DNA of 32,389 bases from an uncultured Clostridia bacterium (GCA_964482715.1 CAYZYX010000021.1:1-32389); one strand, 5' to 3'. Positions 18,326-28,875 are shown, numbered from the stretch's first letter. The notes: generated by a model not told the origin, from the sequence alone. Translations and numbers: made by a program.

Positions 18326-20213
18326 TAAAATAATTGGCATAGATCTTGGAACCACCAACTCCTGTGTAGCTGTAATGGAAGGAGATGAACCAAAGGTTAT
18401 TCCTAATCAGGAGGGGGCTCGAACTACTCCATCGGTTGTGGCTTTTACTGATAAAGGGGAAATGCTGGTTGGTGGTCCGGCTAAAAGACAGGCCATAACC
18501 AATCCAGAAAACACAATTCATTCGGTTAAAAGGATTATTGGTCGAAGATACGATGAAGGCGCTGTAAAGGAAGCTCAAAAAAGGGTTTCTTACAAGATCG
18601 TTCCTGATTCTCAGGGAAGAGCAGCCGTTAAAGTAAACAGGGGAGTATTTTTACCCCAGGAGATCTCGGCCAGAGTGCTGCAGAAAATGAAACAGATTGC
18701 CGAAGATTATCTGGGAGAGGAAGTTACGCGGGCAGTGATTACAGTTCCTGCTTACTTCAATGATTCTCAGCGGCAGGCTACCAAAGATGCTGGAGAAGTT
18801 GCCGGGCTTAAAGTTGAGAGGATTATAAATGAGCCTACTGCTGCAGCTATGGCTTACGGATTTGAGAAAAAAGGAGAGAAAAAAATTGCTGTTTATGACC
18901 TCGGAGGCGGAACCTTCGATATTTCTATCCTGGAAGTTGGAGAAAATGTGATAGAAGTTCTGGCCACTAACGGTGACACCTATCTGGGGGGAGATGATTT
19001 TGACCAGAGGATTATAGACTGGATAGCCGAGAATTTCAAGAAGGAACATGGTATTGATCTACGCCAGGACAAAATGGCACTCCAGAGGTTAAAGGAAGCT
19101 GCTGAAAAAGCGAAATGCGAGCTTTCCTCAACAATGGAGACTCAGATTAACCTGCCGTTTATAACCGCCGATCAGTCTGGTCCCAAGCACCTGAGTATCA
19201 CCTTGACCAGAGCCAGACTTGAGCAACTCACCGAGGACCTCGTCGAGCGAACTCTGGAGCCTTGCCGCCAGGCTCTGGCAGATGCCAAACTAAAACCCGA
19301 GGATATTGATGAGGTAATTCTTGTTGGTGGACAGACCCGTATGCCCAAAGTTCAGGAAGTTGTGCGTAAATTTTTTGGTAAAGAACCCCACAAGGGAGTT
19401 AATCCTGATGAAGTGGTGGCGGTGGGTGCTGCAATTCAGGGAGGAGTTCTGGCTGGAGAGGTTAAAGATATACTTCTTCTTGATGTTACTCCTCTTTCTC
19501 TTGGAATCGAGACTCTGGGAGGTGTTTTCACCAAACTAATTGAGAGAAACACAACTATTCCCACAAGAGCTACTAAAATCTTTACCACTGCTACTGATAA
19601 CCAAACTGCAGTAGATATTCATGTTCTCCAGGGAGAAAGGGCAATGGCTAAGGATAATCGGACTCTGGGGAGGTTTCAGCTTACCGGTATTCCTCCTGCC
19701 CCCCGTGGAGTTCCTCAAATTGAGGTGACCTTTGATATAGATGCCAACGGGATACTGCATGTTAGTGCCAGAGATAAGGCTACCGGAAGAGAGCAGAGTA
19801 TAACCATACGAGACACAGGAGCTCTTTCTGAAGAGGAAAAAGAAAAAATGGTACGTGAAGCTGAGCAGCATGCCGAAGAAGATAGAAAGAGGAGGGAACT
19901 TATTGAGACCAAAAATCAGGCTGATAATATCATTTATGCCACTGAGAAGGCCCTAAAAGACTACGGAAATAAGGTCAGTGAATCCGAGAGAAAGCAAATT
20001 CAGGATGCGATTGAAGATCTCAGGAAGGCCATGCAGAAAGATGACGTGAAGTTGATAAGGGATAAGATATCACGGTTGGCTGAGGTTTCCCAGAAGCTCG
20101 GTCAAGCTGTATACCAGGAAGCGGCCAGGCAGGAAAGCACAACTTCACAGGAGAAAAAAGATCAACGTGGAGGCGATGATACCATAACTGATGCTGATTA
20201 CAAGGTAGAGTAG
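18306..20213 (+). CDS. dnaK: Chaperone DnaK (Hsp70)
   Basis: '[11 protein letters not shown]', 'TVPAYFND', 'DLGGGTFD', '[12 protein letters not shown]'. ATG 18306 follows SD GGAGG. Confidence 0.99.
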   Translation: MARKVSNKIIGIDLGTTNSCVAVMEGDEPKVIPNQEGARTTPSVVAFTDKGEMLVGGPAKRQAITNPENTIHSVKRIIGRRYDEGAVKEAQKRVSYKIVPDSQGRAAVKVNRGVFLPQEISARVLQKMKQIAEDYLGEEVTRAVITVPAYFNDSQRQATKDAGEVAGLKVERIINEPTAAAMAYGFEKKGEKKIAVYDLGGGTFDISILEVGENVIEVLATNGDTYLGGDDFDQRIIDWIAENFKKEHGIDLRQDKMALQRLKEAAEKAKCELSSTMETQINLPFITADQSGPKHLSITLTRARLEQLTEDLVERTLEPCRQALADAKLKPEDIDEVILVGGQTRMPKVQEVVRKFFGKEPHKGVNPDEVVAVGAAIQGGVLAGEVKDILLLDVTPLSLGIETLGGVFTKLIERNTTIPTRATKIFTTATDNQTAVDIHVLQGERAMAKDNRTLGRFQLTGIPPAPRGVPQIEVTFDIDANGILHVSARDKATGREQSITIRDTGALSEEEKEKMVREAEQHAEEDRKRRELIETKNQADNIIYATEKALKDYGNKVSESERKQIQDAIEDLRKAMQKDDVKLIRDKISRLAEVSQKLGQAVYQEAARQESTTSQEKKDQRGGDDTITDADYKVE

Positions 20214-20224
20214 GTGATAAAGAG

Positions 20225-21382
20225 GTGGCAAAAAAAGACTATTATGAGATTCTTGGAGTTTCCAGAAACGCCTCTCAGGAGGAGATAAAGAGGGCTTACA
20301 GGCGGCTTGCCGTTAAGTATCATCCAGATAGAAATCCAGATAATCCAAAGGAAGCTGAGGAGAAATTTAAGGAAATTGCCGAAGCCTATAAAGTGCTTTC
20401 TGATCCGGAAAAAAGAAAGATTTATGATCAATACGGTCATGCTGGATTAGAGGCAGAAGTGGGTGCAGGGGCAGGAACTGGTGGATGGACCGGTTTTGAC
20501 TTTGATCCATTTAAGATTTTTGAGGAGGTTTTTGGAGGCGAGGATATCTTTGGTGACAGCATTTTCGGAGATTTCTTTGGGACAACGAGAACAAGAAGAA
20601 GGGAGGCTCAAGCTGGGGCCTCCCTTCAATACACTTTACAGCTTAGCTTTGAGGAAGCTGCTTTTGGAGCAGAAAAGGAATTACAGGTTACTCGATACGA
20701 AGCATGTTCTCGCTGTGGTGGAGAGGGAATTGAGCCTGGTTATTATCCTGAAGATTGTCCCTCCTGTGGAGGTAGTGGGTATGTCCATACCAGGCAGGGT
20801 TTTTTTACTTTTACGCGGACCTGTTCTCACTGTCATGGTAAGGGGAAGATCATTCGCAATCCATGTAAGAATTGCAAAGGTACAGGCAGGGTTAGAGTTA
20901 CAAGGAAGATAAAAGTAAAAGTTCCTCCCGGGGTTGACGAGGGAACAACTCTCCGGCTGCGAGGTGAGGGCGAGGCAGGAATAAGAGGTGGTCCCAGTGG
21001 AGATTTGCTGGTTTTTATTAAAGTTAAACCACATCCTCTTTTTACTCGAGAGGAGAATAATATCCTGATTGAGGTCCCCATAAGCTTTGCTCTTGCCGCT
21101 CTGGGGGGTGAAATTTCAGTGCCCACTCTTGATGGTAAGGTAAAATTAAAGATACCCCCTGGAACCCAGACAGGTAAAATATTCCGTCTGCGAGGAAGGG
21201 GGATTACCTCTTTTCATACGGGAGAAAGAGGTGATCAACTGGTTAAAGTCGTGGTGGAAACACCTGTTAACCTTACACCGGAGCAAAAACAACTTTTAAA
21301 GAGATTTGATGAACTCAGCAGGGACACCGGTCAGCCAAAGATTAAGGAGTTTTTCCGGAAGGTGAGAGGCCTTTTTGGTTAA
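20225..21382 (+). CDS. dnaJ: Co-chaperone DnaJ
   Basis: J-domain with HPD, G/F-rich region, four CxxCxGxG repeats, C-terminal domain. Confidence 0.98.
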   Translation: MAKKDYYEILGVSRNASQEEIKRAYRRLAVKYHPDRNPDNPKEAEEKFKEIAEAYKVLSDPEKRKIYDQYGHAGLEAEVGAGAGTGGWTGFDFDPFKIFEEVFGGEDIFGDSIFGDFFGTTRTRRREAQAGASLQYTLQLSFEEAAFGAEKELQVTRYEACSRCGGEGIEPGYYPEDCPSCGGSGYVHTRQGFFTFTRTCSHCHGKGKIIRNPCKNCKGTGRVRVTRKIKVKVPPGVDEGTTLRLRGEGEAGIRGGPSGDLLVFIKVKPHPLFTREENNILIEVPISFALAALGGEISVPTLDGKVKLKIPPGTQTGKIFRLRGRGITSFHTGERGDQLVKVVVETPVNLTPEQKQLLKRFDELSRDTGQPKIKEFFRKVRGLFG

Positions 21383-22715
21383 AATGATTAAGGTTGCTTT
21401 AGCCACCGTTGGATGTAAGGTCAACCAATACGAAACGCAGGTTATAAGAGAGAGACTGGAGAAGGCTGGGTGTGATATAGTTAGTTTTTCCGGTCCTGCC
21501 CAGTTTTACATAATAAATACCTGCAGCGTTACCCATCAAGCAGATAGAAAATCACGCCAGCTTATAAAAAAGGCTCTAAAACAAAATAGGGCGGCCAGAA
21601 TTCTGGTAACAGGATGTCTGGCTGAGATTGAAGAAGAAAAATTGAGAGATTTGTCCCCACAGGTCGAGGTTGTTAAAAATGAAGAAAAGTTGAATCTGGT
21701 AGAAAGTAAAATCACTCCCGGAGTTAATCTTGATCTTGACTATACCATTCATGGTTTTTACGGTCATGACAGGGCTTTCGTAAAAATAGAGGACGGGTGT
21801 GATCAGTTCTGTTCCTACTGCAGGATTCCCCATGTAAGGGGAGCCAGAATAAAAAGCAGAAAACCGGAGGAAATCATCACCGAGATTGATACTCTCTGTG
21901 AGGCAGGTTTCCAGGAGTTGGTTTTAACTGGAGTAAATCTTGCTCTCTACGGTAAAGACTTACCTTATCGTTTTTCTCTGACCTCTCTTCTGGAAAAAAT
22001 AATATGCTGGCTATCCAGGTCAAACAGAAAAGCCAGAATAAGACTCAGTTCTCTGGAGCCACATCTTATTCCAGAAGGACTTTTGGATTTAATGACAGAG
22101 ACTTCTTTTATCTGTCCTCATCTTCACCTTTCCTTTCAGAGCGGGGATGATGAAATTTTGAAAAAGATGGGAAGAAACTGTACAGTCTCCAGAATGTTGA
22201 GTGTGATTGATAAATTTAAGTCCAGGGTTCCATGTCTTGGTTTAAGTGGTGATGTGATAGTTGGTTTTCCCGGAGAAGGTGAGAAAAATTTTCTCAATAC
22301 CTGTAGTTTTATAAAAGAAGCCGGGTTTCACAGACTTCACATATTCCCTTTTTCCCCACGTGAGGAAACACCAGCCTCCAGAATGGAGCCAAAGGTTAGA
22401 GAAAAAAACAAAAGAGAGAGGGTCAAGATCCTGAAAGAACTTTCAATTTCTCTGTCTGAAAAATTCATGACCGGGTTTTTAGGGAAAAAACTTCCTGTTT
22501 TGATTGAAACACGTAAAGATTTAAGAACCGGCTACCTGAAGGGTTACTCTCACAATTATATTAAGTTTTTGATTTCTCCAACCTGTGAAACCGAGAGGTT
22601 CAAAGGAAAAATAGTTGAAGTGAGATTATCTGAAGTCAGGTCAGGGTTTGCCCTGGGAGATATTAAAGGAAAAAAATATGAGAAAACCTGTAAAATTAAA
22701 AGCTCTGTCGGCTGA
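21375..22715 (+). CDS. mtaB: tRNA t6A37 methylthiotransferase (radical SAM)
   Basis: 'GCKVNQYET', 'INTCSVT...ADRKSRQ', 'VTGC', '[13 protein letters not shown]', 'HIFPFSPR'; follows dnaJ. Start may be ATG 21384. Confidence 0.9.
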   Translation: MVKMIKVALATVGCKVNQYETQVIRERLEKAGCDIVSFSGPAQFYIINTCSVTHQADRKSRQLIKKALKQNRAARILVTGCLAEIEEEKLRDLSPQVEVVKNEEKLNLVESKITPGVNLDLDYTIHGFYGHDRAFVKIEDGCDQFCSYCRIPHVRGARIKSRKPEEIITEIDTLCEAGFQELVLTGVNLALYGKDLPYRFSLTSLLEKIICWLSRSNRKARIRLSSLEPHLIPEGLLDLMTETSFICPHLHLSFQSGDDEILKKMGRNCTVSRMLSVIDKFKSRVPCLGLSGDVIVGFPGEGEKNFLNTCSFIKEAGFHRLHIFPFSPREETPASRMEPKVREKNKRERVKILKELSISLSEKFMTGFLGKKLPVLIETRKDLRTGYLKGYSHNYIKFLISPTCETERFKGKIVEVRLSEVRSGFALGDIKGKKYEKTCKIKSSVG

Positions 22716-23997
22716 GGATTATACAAGGCTCGTAAAGAGGTCATCTTCGGATTTTGACATGATACTTTCATCTGTAATCCCCATAATTAGTGCCGTTAAG
22801 GAAAAAGGAGATGAGGCTGTTTTAGAATTTACCAGAAAGTTTGATAAAGTTAATTTAACCCCCGATTCACTTAAGGTCCCGACTCACAGGATCAAGGAGG
22901 CTTACAAGAAAGTTTCCTCTGACGTCGTAGATTCTCTGGAGAAGATGCGAAGGCAAGTGGAAAGTTTTCACCTTCATCAACTACCCGCAAAGTGGGAGAT
23001 TGAAAAGTGGGTAGATTCTGGTTCTGTAACCATGGGAGAGTTACCCATTTCGGTAAGAAGAGCCGGAATATACGTTCCAGGGGGAAAGGCAAGTTATCCT
23101 TCGACCGTGATAATGGGATGTGTCCCGGCGAAGTTAGCTGGAGTTGAACAAACTGTCGTTTGTACCCCTCCTTCTTCAGATGGAAGCCCTCCTCCCGAAG
23201 TTATGGTTGCTTTTGACATTGCCGGAGGAGATGTCTTGATCTCTGCTGGAGGAGCCCAGGCAATTGCTGCTCTTGCCTATGGAACTGAAACAATTCCCAA
23301 GGTAGATTTAGTAGTGGGACCTGGAAATGTTTATGTAAACGCAGCTAAGGTTTACCTTGCTCTTCGGGGAGAGATAGGTATTGATTGTTCGGCTGGACCG
23401 AGTGAAGTTTTAATTATTGCTGATGACACCGCACCTTCTTCCTGGGTGGTGTGGGACCTTTTAGCTCAGGTTGAACATGATGAGTTTGCCTGGGGGGTTG
23501 TGCTCACCACCTCAGAGAATTTAGCCCGGGAAGTTCACAGAAAAATAAAAGAAGAGCTTGCTAATTGTGTCAGAAAAAAGATAATCGAGTCCTCTCTCAA
23601 CAAAAATGGTTTCATTCTTATAGTCGAAGACCTGGAAGAAGCAATAGATTTTGCCAATGAATTTGCTCCAGAACACCTGGAGATTTTTACTGCTGATCCG
23701 GAGAGATACCTTCACCTTATTAAAAATGCTGGCTCAGTTTTTCTGGGTCCCTTTTCTCCTGTAGCAGCAGGAGATTACGGTACCGGGGTCAATCATATTC
23801 TGCCCACCGGAGGGGTGGCACGCTTCTCATCTGGACTTTCAATCCAGACCTTCATTAAAAGGGTTTACTTTCAATATCTTTCCTCTGATGCGCTCTCTTT
23901 CATGAAAGAGCCAATTTCCTCGCTGGCTCGTCATGAAGGATTTCAAGCCCATCTGAAATCCATAGAGGTAAGATTCAAAAAGAAAAAAGAAAATTGA
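22678..23997 (+). CDS. hisD: Histidinol dehydrogenase
   Basis: 'GIYVPGG', 'GGAQAIAALAYG', 'GPGNVYV', 'AGPSE', 'QVEHD', 'APEHLE', 'GDY...NHILPT'. Start set at ATG 22678. Confidence 0.93.
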   Translation: MRKPVKLKALSAEDYTRLVKRSSSDFDMILSSVIPIISAVKEKGDEAVLEFTRKFDKVNLTPDSLKVPTHRIKEAYKKVSSDVVDSLEKMRRQVESFHLHQLPAKWEIEKWVDSGSVTMGELPISVRRAGIYVPGGKASYPSTVIMGCVPAKLAGVEQTVVCTPPSSDGSPPPEVMVAFDIAGGDVLISAGGAQAIAALAYGTETIPKVDLVVGPGNVYVNAAKVYLALRGEIGIDCSAGPSEVLIIADDTAPSSWVVWDLLAQVEHDEFAWGVVLTTSENLAREVHRKIKEELANCVRKKIIESSLNKNGFILIVEDLEEAIDFANEFAPEHLEIFTADPERYLHLIKNAGSVFLGPFSPVAAGDYGTGVNHILPTGGVARFSSGLSIQTFIKRVYFQYLSSDALSFMKEPISSLARHEGFQAHLKSIEVRFKKKKEN

Positions 23998-24006
23998 GGT
24001 ATCTAC

Positions 24007-24034
24007 TTGCCAATTTAGAGGCATCTTGTATTAT
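24007..24034 (+). promoter_or_regulatory. Possible sigma70-type promoter for the SprA-like gene
   Basis: TTGCCA (24007-24012), 16-nt spacer, TATTAT (24029-24034). Confidence 0.45.
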
Positions 24035-24046
24035 GAGATGCAGGTT

Positions 24047-27000
24047 ATGCGGAGAAAACTATCAATTTTGCCTTTTCTACTTGGAATTTTTTTATATTTT
24101 TTCTTCTCTCATTCTTATGGGTTTGCAGTGGAGGATAAGATATTTTCTGGCGACCTCTGGCAGCTTGCCTCCTCCATTCTTTATTCCGATCAAAGTTTTC
24201 TGCCTGCTACCAGAAAGGGTATAGTTGATACTTCTCTTCCCGGAGGTTCCCACCTTACAGTTAAAGGGAGAAAAGTTATAGGGGTTAAATACACCCGCTT
24301 TAACTATCTTGACCCTCTGGCTTCTCAGGATAAACCAGCTTCAACCACGGAAATCGAGCAAAAATTGCAGGTCCAGGTGCGGGGGAAAATTGGTGAAAAA
24401 ATCCAGGTTAATGTTGACTACGACGATACAGCCTCTCCCAGCGAGCAGCAGAAAATAAGCCTTGTTTATAAAGGTGAAGAAGATGAGATAATTCAGGAAG
24501 TGGCTCTGGGTGATCTCAAACTTGCGCTTCCCAAAACCGAATTCACTTCTTATAGTAAAAGTCTTTTTGGTGTAAGAGTTAAAGCGAAATGGCACAGCTT
24601 CCACCTTATGGGGATAGGGTCTATAACCAAAGGAATCTCGGAAGTAAAGACCTTTACCGGAAAGACAACCACCGAGGAAAAAGAGATTCTTGATACAGGG
24701 TATATAAAAAGAACCTATTTTAAGATTTTCTTTGATCAGGAAGAAAAGTATCCCCCCGAAATTTACGGCCCCTTTTCATATACTTCAGGAAGTCTGGAGA
24801 TCTGGATTGACGATCAGGATGGCACCAACAATACCTCGGCCACCTGGATGGAAGTAGCTGGTTTAACCCTGGATGGTGAGGTGGATACTTACAGTGGTTG
24901 GTTTGACCTTCAATACCCCGGACAGGATTACACTGTTGATTATACCCGGGGTGTGGTAAAATTTAACAGAAGTATTGGAGAGAATTTTATTATTGCTCTA
25001 TCTTACAAAGATTCAGAAGGTGCCCGTCATCCGGAATCGGGCTACTACATGATAATGAAAGGGCAGGATGAGAGATACTATCGCTACCGGTTCTGGAACT
25101 TTTATTATCTTGGTTCGCAAAAAATTGACAGGGACAGCTTTACTTTTCAAATTAAAGATCTGTCCGGGAATGTTGTTTATGACTGGGAAAATCCTGAAGA
25201 TTATCCTGATTATGAGGTAAGTGTTGATTTTGATTTCGGGATAGTTGAGATTTTCAACCCTGAAACTCCCATTAGCTGGGAAACTTACTATCGCCCTTTT
25301 CCTGAAGCTTACCCCCCGACTTCTCTTCATCGTTATAGCTTATTTACCCAGTACAGCCATGTTGTGGAGATTTATCTTTTACACCCTGATGTTGTTCCTG
25401 AAAGCGAAAGGGTTTATGTTGACGGGAAGCTGTTAAAAAGAGACGAAGATTACATAATTGATTATCCTTCCGGATATCTCAGTTTTGTTGATCCTGACGT
25501 GATAGGCCCGGATACTAAAATCAGAGTAGAGTATGAATGGATGCCCATTATGGGAGGAGAGGCAACCTTTCTCGGGAGCAGATTTGAATTTCGTCCCGGA
25601 GAGAATTTCTCCCTGGGCTCAACTGTCCTTTCTCAAACGGCTTCCCCGACAAGAAAAATACCGGCACTGGGGATGTCTCCAGCCTCTCATCAGGTCTGGG
25701 AGGCTGACCTTCATCTGAATTTTAAGTCTAATCTGGGAAAATTATGGGGTGGAAACCTTCCTTTGGAAGTCCTGTTTGCCGGTGAGATTTCTCAAAGTAA
25801 CATAAATCCCAATACTTTCGGAGCGGCCATGCTGGAGGACTTTTCAAGCAGTAAAGTTGAGGATTCTCTTTCTCTGGAAAAGGACAACTGGAAACAGGCA
25901 AGCAAACCCTTAGCTGTTAATGATGATTATCAGGAATTCCGTGACCTGATAAGTGTGGAGGAAGAAAGCTTAGAGGGAGAAAAGATAGATTCTGAATGGA
26001 GCAGTGATGAACTTACGATTTTAACTTTGAATTACGACTTTACTGGAGCAAGCTGGGCTTCGGTGATTTATTCTCTCTCTACAGAAGGAAAAGATTACTC
26101 CAATATGAAGTATATAGAATTATGGGCAAAAGGAATACCTGATGATATGGAGGTTTACCTTGATATTGGTATAGTTAATGAAGATGTTGATGATGATGGA
26201 AAACTGGATACTGAAGATAAAAATGGTGATGGCATTTTAAACCCCGGTGAGGATACAGGAATAATAATGAACATTCCTTCCTATGTATCCGATGAGGAAG
26301 GAATAAAAATTGGAGCAAACAACGGAGAACTGGATACAGAAGATCTTGATAGAGATGGGGTCCTGGATACAAGTGAGAATTTTTCCACCTATTTTCTGTC
26401 CCCTCTTTATAAAGAGGAGCTTCCTACGGGATGGTGTAAATACACTATTCCTCTGGAAGAATATCAGCTACTTACAGGAAGCAGGGATTGGAATTCAGTG
26501 AAAAGTGTGGTTAAACATGTAAGAATTTGGTTTAAGGGACAGGCACTTAGTGGAACCATTAAAATTGCCCGGATCAGTATCTCCGGTGATCGCTGGGAGG
26601 TTAATAATTTGAAGATTAAGGGAGTCAATAACTACGATGACCCTGACTTTCCCAATCCTCTGGAAGATTCCGGTTTTAGAAGTTATTACCAGCAGATGTT
26701 TGGAGAGACAAAAACTTCGGAAGGAAAATGGCTGGAAGAGCCAGCCCTCTCTATCTCCGGTGATACAGGTTACATACAGCAAACTTTCGTTTCCAAAAGA
26801 AATTTAACCGATTATCGCAAACTTAATTTCTGGATTTACCTGGATACCCGGGAAACAGAAGAGGGGAATTTTTATATTAAGTTAGGTTCAGATGTGGAGA
26901 CCAACTATTACTCCTTAAATCTTCCCTTAACTTCTATAAGTTCTGGCAAGTGGATAAAAATGGAAGTTCCTTTTTCGGATCTGGAAGTAGCTGGAAATCC

Positions 27001-28798
27001 TTCTTTTGCCGAAATAAAACAGCTCAGAATAGAATTAGCCTCTACCTCCCCCATACATATATATATAAATGATATTTATCTTGATAAGGTCTCCAGAAAA
27101 GAGGGCGGTGCAGAACGTTATGTTTTAAAAACCAGCTGGTCAAAATATCTAACACTCACCATGGAATACAAAAAAATTAATCCACCTTTTGCTGTTGTGG
27201 GGGCATCTTCTACTAATGAGAAGTTAGAACTTAAAAAATGGGGAGCGAATATTTCCCTTTTTAAATTTCTGCCTTTATCCTATTCTGGCTCCTGGCAGCT
27301 CAGTACAGAAATGGAAACCCGGGGAACTGATTTAAGTTTAATAGAAAAAGATAAAAAGCTTAAATATTCACACTCCTACCAGGCTGGCTTTTATCTTGAA
27401 CCCTGGCCAAAGTTAACCTTCAAAGGTTCTAATGTCACCACCGATTATCTTTCTAAACAGCCCCTGGAAAAAACTGCTGAAGATACCTATGAATTTTCTC
27501 TAAGGTACCCTGTTCCCCTGAAATATTTTCTTCTTCCTACCAGTGTCTCCTGTTCTTTTCAACTTAAAAAATCGAGCAAAGAAATAGAAAATACTTCCAT
27601 CACTTCGGACATTACCAGGAAGGGTAGTTTGAGTCTTCCTTTTGTTTTTTCTCCTGATTTTTCTCTGAGAAGCTCTTATTCTCAATCAGAGGTTAACCAG
27701 AAGATCAATCAAAGCGCGGAATTTCCCAAATCAAGGTCAAAAGAACTCTCTCTTTTATCTCAGGCATCTTTTCTGGGAATTCGTTCTCGAATTGAACTTA
27801 AAGGAGCATGTAAAGAAGAAGAATTTTCCACCAAAAATCCAGGGAAAAGAAAGTTATCCACCAGTTTTAACCTCTCCTCCAGTACCCCTTTTCGGCCTTA
27901 CTCCCGGTTTAAAAAAATACCAGAATTTCTATCCAGTCTAAATTACTACATGACCTTCAATTTGAAAAGAGAGGGAATTTACGAAGATACCTCCGTTTCT
28001 CCTGGATTCTTTTCCCAGCTTGGTATCAGGCGGCTGCATCTTACCGATGGGGAGGAAAAACTCTGGAGAGAGAAGCGAAACTTTACCCTCAAGCAAAATT
28101 GGCGACCTTTTTCCTGGCTGGATACCACCTTCCAATTTGGAAAAGAAGAGGAAGACAGAGTTGAGTCAGGCACTCCCTTCCAGGTAGAGGTGGAAAGCTG
28201 GCCAGTAATGCGACTTAAATTTGATTTGAACCACACTCCTTTTCTTGTTGATCGGGTCTCAGGCAGGTTCTTTTCTTCTTCCAATCTTGTAGTTGAATAT
28301 ATAAAAAAAACCACGCAGAAAAAAAATATTTCTGATACAATTTCTCATCAGTGGACTTTAAACTGGAAGGGAAAATTTAAAAAACCGGAAAATCTCTCTC
28401 TCATTTATTCGTATAAGTCCAGCATTCAAAAGGAAACCCCTTTTTCCAGGTCCACCAGTCAAAAAGTTTTTTCCTCCACCCACCAGTTAAAACTAACTCA
28501 CTCTACATATTTACCCTGGGGGAAGAAGATACCCATTTTAAATCGTCTTATAAATTTCCAGAACAAGGTGAATCTTTCTGCTACTCTCACCAGGGAGTTA
28601 AAGTTTAAACAAGCTACCTCCGGAACTTTAGAGGAAGATAAAGAAAAGTGGAATTTGCAAAACAGTATTTCTTACAAATTGAGAGACAATATCAATATGA
28701 ACCTGGGTCTCAATCTTACCTATTACAAAGATAAAGTTAAAGCAGGAGAAGATTATTTCAGCTACGGAGGTTTTGCCAGAATAGAAATAGTATTTTAA
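24047..28798 (+). CDS. Large outer-membrane beta-barrel protein, homologue of the type IX secretion translocon SprA/Sov
   Basis: Signal peptide from ATG 24047 (MRRKLSILPFLLGIFLYFFFSHSYG). SprA-like blocks 'VQVRGKIGEKIQVNVDYDD...LVYKGEEDEIIQEVALGD...SLFGVR' and 'VPESERVYVDGKLLKRDEDYIIDYPSG'. Alternating beta-strand pattern in the C-terminal third; ends '...GFARIEIVF' with a terminal Phe. Confidence 0.75.
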   Translation: MRRKLSILPFLLGIFLYFFFSHSYGFAVEDKIFSGDLWQLASSILYSDQSFLPATRKGIVDTSLPGGSHLTVKGRKVIGVKYTRFNYLDPLASQDKPASTTEIEQKLQVQVRGKIGEKIQVNVDYDDTASPSEQQKISLVYKGEEDEIIQEVALGDLKLALPKTEFTSYSKSLFGVRVKAKWHSFHLMGIGSITKGISEVKTFTGKTTTEEKEILDTGYIKRTYFKIFFDQEEKYPPEIYGPFSYTSGSLEIWIDDQDGTNNTSATWMEVAGLTLDGEVDTYSGWFDLQYPGQDYTVDYTRGVVKFNRSIGENFIIALSYKDSEGARHPESGYYMIMKGQDERYYRYRFWNFYYLGSQKIDRDSFTFQIKDLSGNVVYDWENPEDYPDYEVSVDFDFGIVEIFNPETPISWETYYRPFPEAYPPTSLHRYSLFTQYSHVVEIYLLHPDVVPESERVYVDGKLLKRDEDYIIDYPSGYLSFVDPDVIGPDTKIRVEYEWMPIMGGEATFLGSRFEFRPGENFSLGSTVLSQTASPTRKIPALGMSPASHQVWEADLHLNFKSNLGKLWGGNLPLEVLFAGEISQSNINPNTFGAAMLEDFSSSKVEDSLSLEKDNWKQASKPLAVNDDYQEFRDLISVEEESLEGEKIDSEWSSDELTILTLNYDFTGASWASVIYSLSTEGKDYSNMKYIELWAKGIPDDMEVYLDIGIVNEDVDDDGKLDTEDKNGDGILNPGEDTGIIMNIPSYVSDEEGIKIGANNGELDTEDLDRDGVLDTSENFSTYFLSPLYKEELPTGWCKYTIPLEEYQLLTGSRDWNSVKSVVKHVRIWFKGQALSGTIKIARISISGDRWEVNNLKIKGVNNYDDPDFPNPLEDSGFRSYYQQMFGETKTSEGKWLEEPALSISGDTGYIQQTFVSKRNLTDYRKLNFWIYLDTRETEEGNFYIKLGSDVETNYYSLNLPLTSISSGKWIKMEVPFSDLEVAGNPSFAEIKQLRIELASTSPIHIYINDIYLDKVSRKEGGAERYVLKTSWSKYLTLTMEYKKINPPFAVVGASSTNEKLELKKWGANISLFKFLPLSYSGSWQLSTEMETRGTDLSLIEKDKKLKYSHSYQAGFYLEPWPKLTFKGSNVTTDYLSKQPLEKTAEDTYEFSLRYPVPLKYFLLPTSVSCSFQLKKSSKEIENTSITSDITRKGSLSLPFVFSPDFSLRSSYSQSEVNQKINQSAEFPKSRSKELSLLSQASFLGIRSRIELKGACKEEEFSTKNPGKRKLSTSFNLSSSTPFRPYSRFKKIPEFLSSLNYYMTFNLKREGIYEDTSVSPGFFSQLGIRRLHLTDGEEKLWREKRNFTLKQNWRPFSWLDTTFQFGKEEEDRVESGTPFQVEVESWPVMRLKFDLNHTPFLVDRVSGRFFSSSNLVVEYIKKTTQKKNISDTISHQWTLNWKGKFKKPENLSLIYSYKSSIQKETPFSRSTSQKVFSSTHQLKLTHSTYLPWGKKIPILNRLINFQNKVNLSATLTRELKFKQATSGTLEEDKEKWNLQNSISYKLRDNINMNLGLNLTYYKDKVKAGEDYFSYGGFARIEIVF

Positions 28799-28799
28799 G

Positions 28800-28828
28800 T
28801 TGACGCCGTTTTAAAATTTCCCTATAAT
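28800..28828 (+). promoter_or_regulatory. Sigma70-type promoter of the MNT-HEPN operon
   Basis: TTGACG (28800-28805), 17-nt spacer, TATAAT (28823-28828). Confidence 0.75.
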
Positions 28829-28875
28829 TTTTCCCGTAGAAGCTGGATATTTTTATCTTAATTAAATTTTATAAA

